Positions 29,070-38,035 of a stretch of DNA of 64,000 nucleotides are shown here, piece after piece (the stretch's first letter is position 1; every line of letters begins with the position of its first letter). The stretch is from Alphaproteobacteria bacterium (GTDB lineage: Bacteria; Pseudomonadota; Alphaproteobacteria; UBA828), in NCBI GenBank assembly GCA_965220745.1, contig CBDCQT010000012.1, positions 1 to 64,000 of the forward strand, given 5' to 3'. The notes under the pieces are model-generated. The model did not search any database, was not told the DNA's origin, and worked only from the letters and a program-made list of their open reading frames with translations. The translations under genes were made by a program, and so were the position numbers.

Positions 29070-29198
29070 ATGGTGGCGATCCTGTTGGTCGCCTTGTCGG
29101 CGTGCAAAGCCGTCACGCTTGTCAACGGCGGCGGGATTATGGGCCAGAGCGGCGGAGTGAAGATGTACCACGGTCTCGGCGGTAGCTTGTCCCCGTAG
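29070..29198 (+). CDS. Putative small lipoprotein (42 aa)
   Basis: MVAILLVALSAC-KAVTLVNGGGIMGQSGGVKMYHGLGGSLSP*; LSAC lipobox; GGAGG upstream. Confidence 0.45.
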   Translation: MVAILLVALSACKAVTLVNGGGIMGQSGGVKMYHGLGGSLSP

Positions 29199-29244
29199 TC
29201 CACGGGAGGGCCCCGCGCGGGGGCGCCGCGCCCCCAGCCGGACT

Positions 29245-29577
29245 TCAATTTGCGACCAGCCAGTCTTCGCTGGGTCCATGGCCCTTACGTTCTGCGGCCC
29301 TGTATTCGATTGTCAATCCAACGATTGCTTTATGTAGGGCATAAGCGGGATAGTCAGCAAAGGGTCGGCTGGTACGGTACTTCCCAGCCTGCAACGGCGT
29401 CTGAATTGCATGGCTCACAATAAACTCTGTTGTCTCGTCGGTCCCGAGCCGGCGCAGCGTGATGGTCACGGGTGTCTCCAGCGAGCCGATCCGAATGCGA
29501 TAGCGTCCCGCGTCGTCATCCCGATCGATCACCGTGACCCGGTCGTCAGTGAGCGCGCTGTCAAACGTGTAGGCCAT
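29245..29577 (-). CDS. Hypothetical protein (110 aa)
   Basis: Protein-like composition MAYTFDSALTDDRV...EDWLVAN; purine-rich RBS. Confidence 0.65.
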   Translation of the reverse strand: MAYTFDSALTDDRVTVIDRDDDAGRYRIRIGSLETPVTITLRRLGTDETTEFIVSHAIQTPLQAGKYRTSRPFADYPAYALHKAIVGLTIEYRAAERKGHGPSEDWLVAN

Positions 29578-29635
29578 TCGCTTCGCCCTCTTGTTCGTCG
29601 CTTGTATTGGCCAGCATCGGTTGCGTTGCGTCCGT

Positions 29636-29879
29636 TTAGCCAAGCAGGGATTTCATGTGTCGGCGGACGCTCTCCATCTCTTCATCGACATGCTTCTGGG
29701 GGGCAACTCCTTCCTGCCAGGTACTTGCGGAATTCTCTGTCCATTTCCTCCAACGAGACGCCCTCCTTGCGCAGCCTTTCCAACAACTCCCAAGCCCGTT
29801 CTTCGTCGGCCGAATGCCCCGCAAGAATGCCGTCCTCTGTTCCGAAACACCCTAGCACCCGGCTTTGCCACCCTGTCAT
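29636..29879 (-). pseudogene. Small helical hypothetical protein with a frameshift in a C6 run
   Basis: MTGWQSRVLGCFG...RKYLAGRSC continues as QKHVDEEMESVRRHMKSLLG* if one C is removed at 29698-29703. Confidence 0.55.
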
Positions 29880-30081
29880 AGCTGAGGTGGTCCTGGAAAA
29901 ATCGGACAGGTCGTTGTCGGCAGACTGTAGAGCACATTTTGAACTGGCTCCTTCGCTTACGGGATTACCATCGAAATCGCGAAAGCGAGAGGCGGACAGG
30001 CGCCGGCCCGAACCGCAAAGGCGCGCGGGAACCCGACGGGGTCTCCGGCGCCAGCTTCGTGTTTCGCGCGCTGCCGAGACT

Positions 30082-30420
30082 CTACGATTGTGGCTCGACC
30101 TTGATCGGAGGGTTCCGCTCAATCCGTTTGAACTGGTCAAGAGACTCGGGCCAAAGGGGGCCGTACCGCCATTCACCGTATGCGTCGAAGATCGATTCCA
30201 CCGCCTCATTGAGGCGATCAAAGGCCTTTCCGCAAACAAGGGGGCCAATGGCCGCGCCCCCTGCTGCGCCATACTTGGCTCCAACAGCGCTGCAGAAGCC
30301 TTGTGCTAAGGTCCTGCCTGCGTCCTGCGTTCCCTCGCCTAAATCGAAAGGATCGGCAGTCGCTGGAACTGACGCGGACACTACCGCCGCAAAGGCGACC
30401 ATCGCCAAGACTTTCCTCAT
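30082..30420 (-). CDS. Secreted hypothetical protein with Gly/Ala-rich segment between two Cys
   Basis: Signal peptide MRKVLAMVAFAAVVSASVPATA; RBS GGAGG; FCSAVGAKYGAAGGAAIGPLVC. Confidence 0.7.
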   Translation of the reverse strand: MRKVLAMVAFAAVVSASVPATADPFDLGEGTQDAGRTLAQGFCSAVGAKYGAAGGAAIGPLVCGKAFDRLNEAVESIFDAYGEWRYGPLWPESLDQFKRIERNPPIKVEPQS

Positions 30421-30577
30421 CTGCCGTTTCCTCCATCGCCACGTCGCGTTCAGCGGCAATCATAGTTTGGGTGCAAAACCGCAGATTTCAAGCACCCGGC
30501 CACTGGAGCTCAGCGACTCCTCCAGCGTGTCCCGTCAGTGGCTCTGTACATGCGACGCCCCGTTTCCCTCCGGCGGG

Positions 30578-30726
30578 TCCCCGTCCCGGGTCATGTTGGC
30601 GATTACCGCATGAGTGTGGAGCTGCGGATCGAGGTTGCGGCTCGCGATGTGGCGGAACAGCGCCGCCACCATGCAGGGCGCCTTCACCCGCGGGCGCTTG
30701 CGGGTGTCGGGGTCACAGCCCCGGGT
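30578..30726 (-). pseudogene. MobF (TrwC/TraI-type) relaxase fragment, motif III
   Basis: Minus strand reads ...MVAALFRHIASRNLDPQLHTHAVIANMTRDG. Confidence 0.85.
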
Positions 30727-31370
30727 CGGGTCGGGCGATGATGGCCTTGCGCAATGCGGTCAGGAACTCGCGCTCGGTCTCGACCAGCGGGCGGTCGTCT
30801 GCGAAGAGCGGGCTCTTGGAGGCCAGGGCCACGATCATCTCGTTACCGAAGGGGGCGGAGACCGTGAACCTGGCCCGCCCCTCCAGGCCGTCGCCGAACG
30901 TTAGCTGTGTTCGAGGCGGCAGGGTGGACAGCGTCAACGCGTCGGACTCCACCAGGTTGACCACGTTGCTGTCCGCCTGGATGTAGGCGACGTGCAGGTA
31001 GCCCTGGAAATTCGCCATCGCCACGTCGAACGCGAGCGTGTCTTCGGCTTGATAGGACGATTTTGGTAGCGAGATGGATGGCGTGCTCGGCTGCGCCAGG
31101 GGCTTCTCGACGGTCATCAATGCCTCGCACTGAGGCCAGGGACGGAGGGAGACCTCGACGTGCGCCTTCGACTTGGCCGCTACGTCTTGGATCTTGGCCA
31201 GATCCTCAGCGGTGCCGACGAAGCCACGACCACTTGTACTTCGCCGCGCTTCTCGATGGCGATGCGACCGCAGCCGATCTCCGGCAGAACCAGCTCGGGG
31301 ACGACCGACGTAGGCGGCTCAGGCTTCGGTTTGGGCGGCTCGGGAGGCGGCTCAGGCGATACCCTCGCCC
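30727..31370 (-). pseudogene. DUF4384-domain protein remnant (Pro-rich linker plus DUF4384), frameshifted
   Basis: EPPPEPPKPKPEPP...GCG / FVGTAEDL...RPWPQCEAL...GYLHVAYIQADSNVVNL...FTVSAPFGNEMIVALAS; frameshift near 31225. Confidence 0.65.
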
Positions 31371-31383
31371 GGGCAGCACGCCT

Positions 31384-32556
31384 TCAGGACGACGCTGCTG
31401 CTGGCGACTCGCCGCCCGCCATTGCGGCCTCGATGGCCTTTCCGATGCGCTCGGTGGCGGCCTGCAGGTCGCGGTCGCCGACATGGGCGTATCGCAGGGT
31501 CATTGTGGGGTTGGCGTGCCCGAGCATGCGCGCGACGGTGGACAGGGGAACGCCCCGGGCGACGGCCTGGCTGGCAACGGTATGCCTGAGATCGTGCAGG
31601 CGGACGTCGTCGAGACCGGCTTCCTTCCGCGCCCGGCTCCAGAGGTGAAGCGTGTCCGAAAGCGGTTTGTCAGGATGCGTCGGGGACGGGAACACGTAAG
31701 GGCTTGCGGCACGCGGCTGGCGGGCGAGGATGGCCTGCGCAACCTGACTCAACCGGACCCTTCGCGGCCCGGTCTTGGTGTTGGCGAGGTCGAGGCGGTC
31801 GCCGTCGACCTCCGACCATCGGAGCTTCAGGATCTCACCCACCCTGCAGCCGGTGAGCAGGAGCAGCCGGATGACGTCGGCCTGTTGCCGGCGGGAGGGC
31901 TGCTCCCCGACCAGCCGATCAAGGACGCGGTGGAGCCTTTCGATCTCTTCGGCGGAGAGGAAGCGGGTGAGTTTCGGACGGGGGTTCTTGGTGATGCCCT
32001 TGACGGGAGCGGTCCCGACATGGCCGGCGGCGAGGGCGGCGTTCATGATCTGGCTGATGATTTCGAGCGCCTTGTTGGCTCCGCCCGGCGCGGTGCGGCT
32101 GTAGGCGTCGAACCACCGCTCGACGTCGATCCGCCGGATGGCGTCCAGCGGGAGGCGGCCGAAGGCGGGGATCAACTGCCGCCTAAGTACAAGGTCGGCG
32201 GATCGGCAGGACGACGGGGCGCAGCGGCGGCGGTACGCCGGCCACCACTCGACGAGAACGAAGTCGCGGAACAGGGGAGCGCGGGAACCTCCTTCCACCT
32301 TGCACGGGACGGTTCCCAGGCGGAGCGCCAGGGCTCCCTTCCGAGCGTCCTCGACGGTCATGAGCGCAGTCGGGCCGATAGTCCTCCTGACCGGCTCTCC
32401 CTGGACGCGCCCGTGCCAGACGAAGCTGCGATGCCCGGACGGGCGCACCCGCACGCCGAGGCCGGGCACCTCGCTGTCCCACACTACGTATTCCGTCTTG
32501 CCCGGCTTCAACCTGCCGACGCCCGCGTCGGTCAGCCGGAGCCTCCGCCCCTTCAC
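31384..32556 (-). CDS. Tyrosine recombinase with arm-binding domain (type B')
   Basis: WDSEVPGLGVRV arm domain; TGCR, KTG, HDLRH, LGH, TLRY catalytic residues; GTG start. Confidence 0.92.
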   Translation of the reverse strand: MKGRRLRLTDAGVGRLKPGKTEYVVWDSEVPGLGVRVRPSGHRSFVWHGRVQGEPVRRTIGPTALMTVEDARKGALALRLGTVPCKVEGGSRAPLFRDFVLVEWWPAYRRRCAPSSCRSADLVLRRQLIPAFGRLPLDAIRRIDVERWFDAYSRTAPGGANKALEIISQIMNAALAAGHVGTAPVKGITKNPRPKLTRFLSAEEIERLHRVLDRLVGEQPSRRQQADVIRLLLLTGCRVGEILKLRWSEVDGDRLDLANTKTGPRRVRLSQVAQAILARQPRAASPYVFPSPTHPDKPLSDTLHLWSRARKEAGLDDVRLHDLRHTVASQAVARGVPLSTVARMLGHANPTMTLRYAHVGDRDLQAATERIGKAIEAAMAGGESPAAASS

Positions 32557-32858
32557 GCCTGCCTCCCCGACAGGACGGGAGACAGGGTCTCGACCGCTTC
32601 GCGAACCGTGGCGTCGGACAGGTGCGCGTATTTCAGAGTGGTCGACGCGTTCTCGTGACCGAGCAGGCGACCGACGGTGCGCACGCTCTCGCCGCAGAGC
32701 AGTGCCATGCTGGCGTAGGAATGTCTCGTGTCGTGCAGGCGGACGTCCTGCAGCCCGGCTTCCTCCCTCACGCTGCGCCAGAAGGGATCCAGCCACAGCC
32801 ACGGGGTGCGCAAACCGGCAACCGGGAAGACCCATCCGGACTGTTGCTCGGCGCGCAT
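32553..32858 (-). pseudogene. C-terminal fragment of tyrosine recombinase (type A')
   Basis: VRLHDTRHSYASMALLCGESVRTVGRLLGH...TLKYAHLSD, closely paralogous to the 34137-35270 C-terminus. Confidence 0.88.
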
Positions 32859-32972
32859 GTTGGCCGCCGATCGGCGTAGTAAAGCGTTGATTCGCTTCGA
32901 TTCCGAGGGGTCAAACTTCGACGCCGAACAACGGGTGAGGGGCGCGGCGCCTGCTGGCGGCGGCGCGCCGGG

Positions 32973-34133
32973 TCAGCCGCCGTTTCCGGCGTCGCCGCCA
33001 TCCATTGTCCGCTCGATGGCTGCGCCGATTCGTTCCGCTGCCGCCTCGGTCTCCCGGTCGCCGACATGGGCGTAGCGCAGCGTCATGCCCGGATTCTTGT
33101 GACCCAGCAGGCGGGAGACAACCGGCAGCGGAACGCCTTGCAGGACGGCATGGCTGGCGAACGTATGCCGAAGGTCATGAATTCGCACGTCTTCGATGCC
33201 GGCTTCCCTGCGCGCCAAGTACCAGAGCGGCAGGTGAGTCGACAGCGGCCGCGCCGGATCGAACGGCGAGGGAAAGACGAAGGCGCTGCCCGATCGCGGC
33301 TGGCGCTCCAGGATGGCGCGGGCCGGCGCATTCAGGAACACCTGTCTCGGTCCGGTCTTGGCGTCGGCGAGGTTGAGCGTGTCTGCGTCCACATCCTGCC
33401 AGCGCATGGTCACAATCTCGCTCTTGCGGCAGCCGGTCAGCAGCAGCAGGCGGATGATGTCAGCCTGTTGCACGCGCGACGGCCGCGCGCCGGCGTAGCG
33501 GTCCAGCACGCGGTGGAGGCGATAGACTTCATCGCACGAGAGGAAGCGGGTGAGCCTGGGTCGGGGGTTGCGCTTGATGCCGTGCGTGGGGTTGGTGTCG
33601 AGGTGGCCGCAGTCGATCGCATGGTTCAGTATCTGGCGGAGCACGTTCAACGCACGATTGGCCCCGCCCGGCGCAGTCCTGCTGTACTCGTCGAACCAGC
33701 GGGTCACGGCGATCCGGCCGATCCGGTCTAGCGGCATCGGGCCGAAGGCCGGAAGCAGGAGCCCGCTCAGGACCAGGCGCACGCCCTTTTGCGTCGACGG
33801 CTTGCATGTGTCGAGCCGCGCCTGCGCCGGCCCCGCGACGAAGTCCGCGAAGGTCGGGACCGCTCCCCGTTCCGGCCTGCGGCCGTGCGGCGCGGTTTCG
33901 ATTTCGAGGCACCGCGCACGCGCTTCCTCGACGCCCATGAGCGCGGCAGGTCCGAGGGTGATCCTGCGCGCGCCGCCCTCGCCCTTGCGGCAATACACGA
34001 AGCTGCGGTGTCCCGACGGGCGGACGCGGACGCCGAGGCCCGCAAGGCGCGTGTCCCAGACCGTATACTCGCGCGCCGCCGGCACAAGCTTCGCCACGTT
34101 GGCGTCGGTCAGACGCCGCCTCTTCGCGGCCAT
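32973..34133 (-). CDS. Tyrosine recombinase with arm-binding domain (type B)
   Basis: WDTRLAGLGVRV; TGCR, KTG, HDLRH, LGH, TLRY. Confidence 0.93.
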   Translation of the reverse strand: MAAKRRRLTDANVAKLVPAAREYTVWDTRLAGLGVRVRPSGHRSFVYCRKGEGGARRITLGPAALMGVEEARARCLEIETAPHGRRPERGAVPTFADFVAGPAQARLDTCKPSTQKGVRLVLSGLLLPAFGPMPLDRIGRIAVTRWFDEYSRTAPGGANRALNVLRQILNHAIDCGHLDTNPTHGIKRNPRPRLTRFLSCDEVYRLHRVLDRYAGARPSRVQQADIIRLLLLTGCRKSEIVTMRWQDVDADTLNLADAKTGPRQVFLNAPARAILERQPRSGSAFVFPSPFDPARPLSTHLPLWYLARREAGIEDVRIHDLRHTFASHAVLQGVPLPVVSRLLGHKNPGMTLRYAHVGDRETEAAAERIGAAIERTMDGGDAGNGG

Positions 34134-34136
34134 GCC

Positions 34137-35270
34137 TCAACCCTCCACCAGTGCGGCGCCGACGGTCTCGGCTGCCTCGCGCACCATCGCGTCGGACAGA
34201 TGCGTGTATTTCAGCGTCGTCGCCGGATTGCGGTGCCCGAGGAGGCGGCCGATGGTCAGCACCGTCTCGCCCTGCGCGAGCGCCATGCTGGCGTACGTGT
34301 GCCGGCAATCGTGAAGGCGGACGTCGGACAGACCGGCTTCCGCTCTGACGCGATGCCAGAATTTGCCAAGCGTCACCGCGTGCACGAAGCCGGCCGTCCG
34401 CGGCGAGGGAAAGATCCAGGTTGCCGTACGAGGCAGTCCGTCGAGGACCGCGCGCGCGGGGGACGAGAGCCAGACCGTGCGCGGCCCCGACTTGGAGTCG
34501 CGCAGGAACAGCTTGCCCTCGCGGTACTCGCGCCACTTGAGCGAGACGATCTCGCCCTTGCGGCATCCGGTGAGCAGCAGCAGCCGTACGATCGCCACGA
34601 CCTGCGGATTATCGGCCTCGTGGCGTGCCAGCACTTCGCCCAGCCGGCGCATCTCGGCGGTAGACAGGAAGCGCTCCCGGCCCTGGCGGCGGTAGCGCTT
34701 GATGTCCGCGCACGGATTGGTCCCCTCCGGGCGATAGCCGTAGACCTCGGCCTGGCTCATGATGACCGAGAGCACCGGAGCCGAGCGGTCGGCCGCCACC
34801 GGGGTCTTGTGGAGGGAGGCGAACCATTGCCGGACGTCGCTCGCGGCGATGTCTGCGATCGGGCGCCCCTCGAACCAAGGCAGGATCTGGTTCTTGTAGT
34901 AGCCCCGGTTGACGTTGAGCGTCGAGGGCTTCCAGTTCCGGGCATAGCGGCGGAAGACTTCTTCGGCGACCGTCTCGAAGGCGACGTCCGCCGGTGCTGC
35001 AGTCTCGTCGCCGCTACCGTTGCGGATCGCGGCCAGCAGGCTCCTGGCCCGCTCGCGGGCCTCGTCCAGGCCAATGGCCCCGGCCTGGCCGACGATCTTC
35101 CAGAACCGCCGCCCGTTGTGCTGACTGTGGATGAAGTAACGCCTGGCGCCTGAGGGCAGGACCCTTACGCCAAAACCCTTGAGTTCGCGGTCGCGCACGT
35201 CGTAGGCGGACTTGCGGGGCTTGAGCGCATCGACCCGGCGTTCGCTGAGGCGAACCGTGGCCATTGACAT
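34137..35270 (-). CDS. Tyrosine recombinase with arm-binding domain (type A)
   Basis: RDRELKGFGVRV; TGCR, KSG, HDCRH, LGH, TLKY. Confidence 0.93.
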   Translation of the reverse strand: MSMATVRLSERRVDALKPRKSAYDVRDRELKGFGVRVLPSGARRYFIHSQHNGRRFWKIVGQAGAIGLDEARERARSLLAAIRNGSGDETAAPADVAFETVAEEVFRRYARNWKPSTLNVNRGYYKNQILPWFEGRPIADIAASDVRQWFASLHKTPVAADRSAPVLSVIMSQAEVYGYRPEGTNPCADIKRYRRQGRERFLSTAEMRRLGEVLARHEADNPQVVAIVRLLLLTGCRKGEIVSLKWREYREGKLFLRDSKSGPRTVWLSSPARAVLDGLPRTATWIFPSPRTAGFVHAVTLGKFWHRVRAEAGLSDVRLHDCRHTYASMALAQGETVLTIGRLLGHRNPATTLKYTHLSDAMVREAAETVGAALVEG

Positions 35271-35384
35271 TCCTCCGGCGTTCCGTTGCAGCCGGGGCGA
35301 AATCGGGGATCGACTCCGTGTCCTCCGGCTAGATCAGGAGGAAAAAAGCAACGCTGTGTCAGTATGTTAGAACCGTAGGTGCGC

Positions 35385-36384
35385 CGGCGGGTGTGAAGTT
35401 GTCTGTGGCTTCGCCGATGGCGTCCCAGAGTTCCGGGACGGTGCGGGCGGCGCGTCGCTTGAGGTAGGCCTTGAACTTGGAGAAGGCCATCTCGATCGGG
35501 TTGAGGTCGGGGCTGTAGGGCGGCAGGAAGTGGAGCTCGGCCCCGGCCTGGTGAATGGCGTCGCGGACAGCGCTGCTGCGGTGGCAGGCAAGGTTGTCCA
35601 TCACCACGATGTCGCCGGGCTTGAGCGTGGGCACCAGCACTTGGTCTACGTAGGCGAGGAAGGCGGCGCCATGCATGGCGCCGTCGAGCACCATGGGAGC
35701 GGTCATCCCGCTCAGCCTGAGGGCACCGACGAAGGTTGTGGTCTTCCAGTGGCCATGGGGCACAGGGGCGCGGCACCTCTGTCCGCGCGGAGCCCGGCCC
35801 GAGCGTCTCGCCATCTTGGTGGACGCGCCTGTTTCATCGACGAAGACGAGCTTCTCAGGGTCGAGATCGGGCTGGGCTTCGACCCAGGCGCGCCTGCGCC
35901 TGAGCACGTCAGCGCGTTGCTGCTCGCTGGCGTGCGCGGTTTTTTTTGAAGGTGATGCCGCGGCGGTGAAAGAAGCGCCACACCGCGCTCTGGGAGACCC
36001 GCAGGCCGTGCTCGTCCTCCAGGTGGGCGGCGATCTCCGCCAAGGTCATGTCCGGGGTCTCGTCCAGGAGCGCAAGCACCACCTCGGCCCGTGCCTCGAT
36101 CCGCTGCGAGCGTCTGTCGCCGCCCTGCGCTCTCGGCCGCCAGCTGCCCGTGCGGCGCCAGGCGCTGACCCACTTGATCGCCGTCGACGGCGCGATGCCG
36201 AAGCGTCTCGCCGCGCTCCGCCGGGACATGCCGCCATCGACCACCGCCGTCACCACCCGACGACGTAGATCATTCGAAAGAGGTCGCGTCATGCAGGCTG
36301 GCCTCCTTCACCAGCCTGCATCTTGAATCACATCTACAAGCAATTGAAAATTCTAAAGATTCTATAAGGTCGAAAAATGCTCTA
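35385..36384 (-). mobile_element. IS630-family element, right end truncated; orfA 35909-36292 and orfB 35359-~35940 joined at an A8 slippage run
   Basis: [23 protein letters not shown] (DDE); T8 at 35940-35947; TA-containing left end at 36383-36384. Confidence 0.9.
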
Positions 36385-36551
36385 GAGCAATATCCGACCT
36401 GAGTGAATCGTATTAGTTTCCAATGACTTAATGCCCAACAGTCAGATGAACACGCTTTGTGCCGGAAGCTTGGCTAATGCGTCTGTGATGATTGTCAAGT
36501 TGCTTCGCCTTCAAAGCAGGCTGTGATCCAGGCTGATCGGATATTGCTCTA
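36383..36551. mobile_element. MITE-like element (169 bp) with TA-flanked terminal inverted repeats
   Basis: TAGAGCAATATCCGA (36383-36397) and TCGGATATTGCTCTA (36537-36551) form a perfect 15-bp IR; no internal ORF. Confidence 0.75.
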
Positions 36552-36631
36552 ACAATCACCCACTGAGGGCTTGCCGGCCACGCAAGGCGATTCCTGACCG
36601 CAGGTACATTCGGACCAAATACCTGATGTGT

Positions 36632-37256
36632 TGTTAAGCGTGGAAAATTGCCCCCCCTTTGAATGTGTCCATGAACACGCCCCGTCGTTGGACGGACGGG
36701 GTGGGGGGAGATGCTGGTTGTGGAGACGATAGCGCGGATCCGTCGGGATCATCTTGTGAAGGGCGTTCCGATCAAGAAGCTCGCCCGTGATTTGAGGGTT
36801 TCGAAGAACACGATACGCAAGGTGGTTCGGGGCGATGCGACCTCGCACACGTATGAGCGCACGATCCAGCCGATGCCGAAGCTTGGACCGTGGGTGGACG
36901 AGCTGGAGCGCCAGCTGGAGGCCAACGAGAGGACGCCACGCCGGCTGCGTCTGTCTCTGCTGCGGATCTACGAGGACCTTGCGGCCCAGGGCTACGAGGG
37001 CGGTTATGACGCGGTTCGCCGCTACGCCCGGGCGTGGCGGCGCCGGCGGCGCCTGTTGTCACCGTCTCAGGCCTATGTGCCTCTGAGCTTCGATCCGGGC
37101 GAGGCCTACCAGTTCGACTGGAGCCACGAGTACGCGCGTCTGGCGGGGGCGACGAGCCGTGTGAAGGCCGCGCAGATGCGGCTCTGCTACAGCCGGATGC
37201 AGCTGGTCCAGGTCTTCCCGCGCGAAGGCCAGGAGATGGTCTTCGAGGCGCACGAG
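36632..37256 (+). mobile_element. IS21-family remnant (left end plus istA N-terminus 36711-37256), cut by IS3
   Basis: IKKLARDLRVSKNTIRK HTH, GYEGGYDAVRRY, FDPGEAYQFDW, RLCYSR. Confidence 0.88.
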
Positions 37257-38035
37257 TGACCTGCCCCCGTCGACTGGTCCAAGTCGAATGTTAGTGCATT
37301 GCGGGTTTGCCGGCCAAGCTGGGTGACTGGCGGAGCGTAGCGGAGCCGGGCGGCCAGCTTGGCATGATGATCGTCTCCGGGGCGGGCGGCCGGTATCCCA
37401 GGCTGCCGTGTGGGCGGATCGCGTTGTAATGGCACCGCCACGATTCGATGAGAACCTGGGCTTCCTTCAGGGTGTAGAAGATCTCCCCGTTCAGGAGCTC
37501 GTCGCGCAGCCGCGCATTGAAGCTCTCGATGTAGCCGTTCTCCCAGGGTGAGCCCGGCTCGATGAAGGCGGTGCGGGCGCTGACCGCAGCGATCCACCGC
37601 CTGACGGCCTCGGCGACGAACTCCGGACCGTTGTCGGAACGGATCCAGGTCGGAATGCCGCGCAGGATGAACAGGTCGGTCAGCACATCGATGACGTCGA
37701 TCGAGGAAAGCCTCCTGCGCACCCGGATGACCAGGCTCTCGCGGGTGAACTCGTCCAGGACGTTGAGCATGCGGAAGGCCCTGCCGTCATACGTCCGGTG
37801 ATGGACGAAGTCGTAGGACCAGACGTGATCCGCCCTCTCGGCGCGCAGCCGGATGCAGGAGCCGTCATTGAGCCAAAGCCGGCCCCGCTTCGGTTGCTTG
37901 CCGGGCACCTTCAGCCCCTCGCGCCGCCACAAGCGCTCGATCCGCTTGTCGTTGACCTGCCAGCCGGCATCGCGAAGCAGGGCCGCGATGCGGCGATAGC
38001 CGTAACGGCCGTACTGGCGGGCCAGCTCGATCATG
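37257..38035 (-). mobile_element. Partial IS3 copy (right IR plus 3' part of orfB, 779 bp)
   Basis: Near-identical to the 3' part of 21901-23163; abuts the full copy. Confidence 0.92.

Noticed and set aside
29245-30460. Integron cassette array
   Set aside because: No RYYYAAC...GTTRRRY attC structures seen between the ORFs, and the recombinases lack the IntI insertion.
31384-35270. RIT (recombinase-in-trio) element
   Set aside because: The proteins carry arm-binding domains and form a duplicated pair plus fragment, not three distinct RitA/B/C types; no terminal IRs found.
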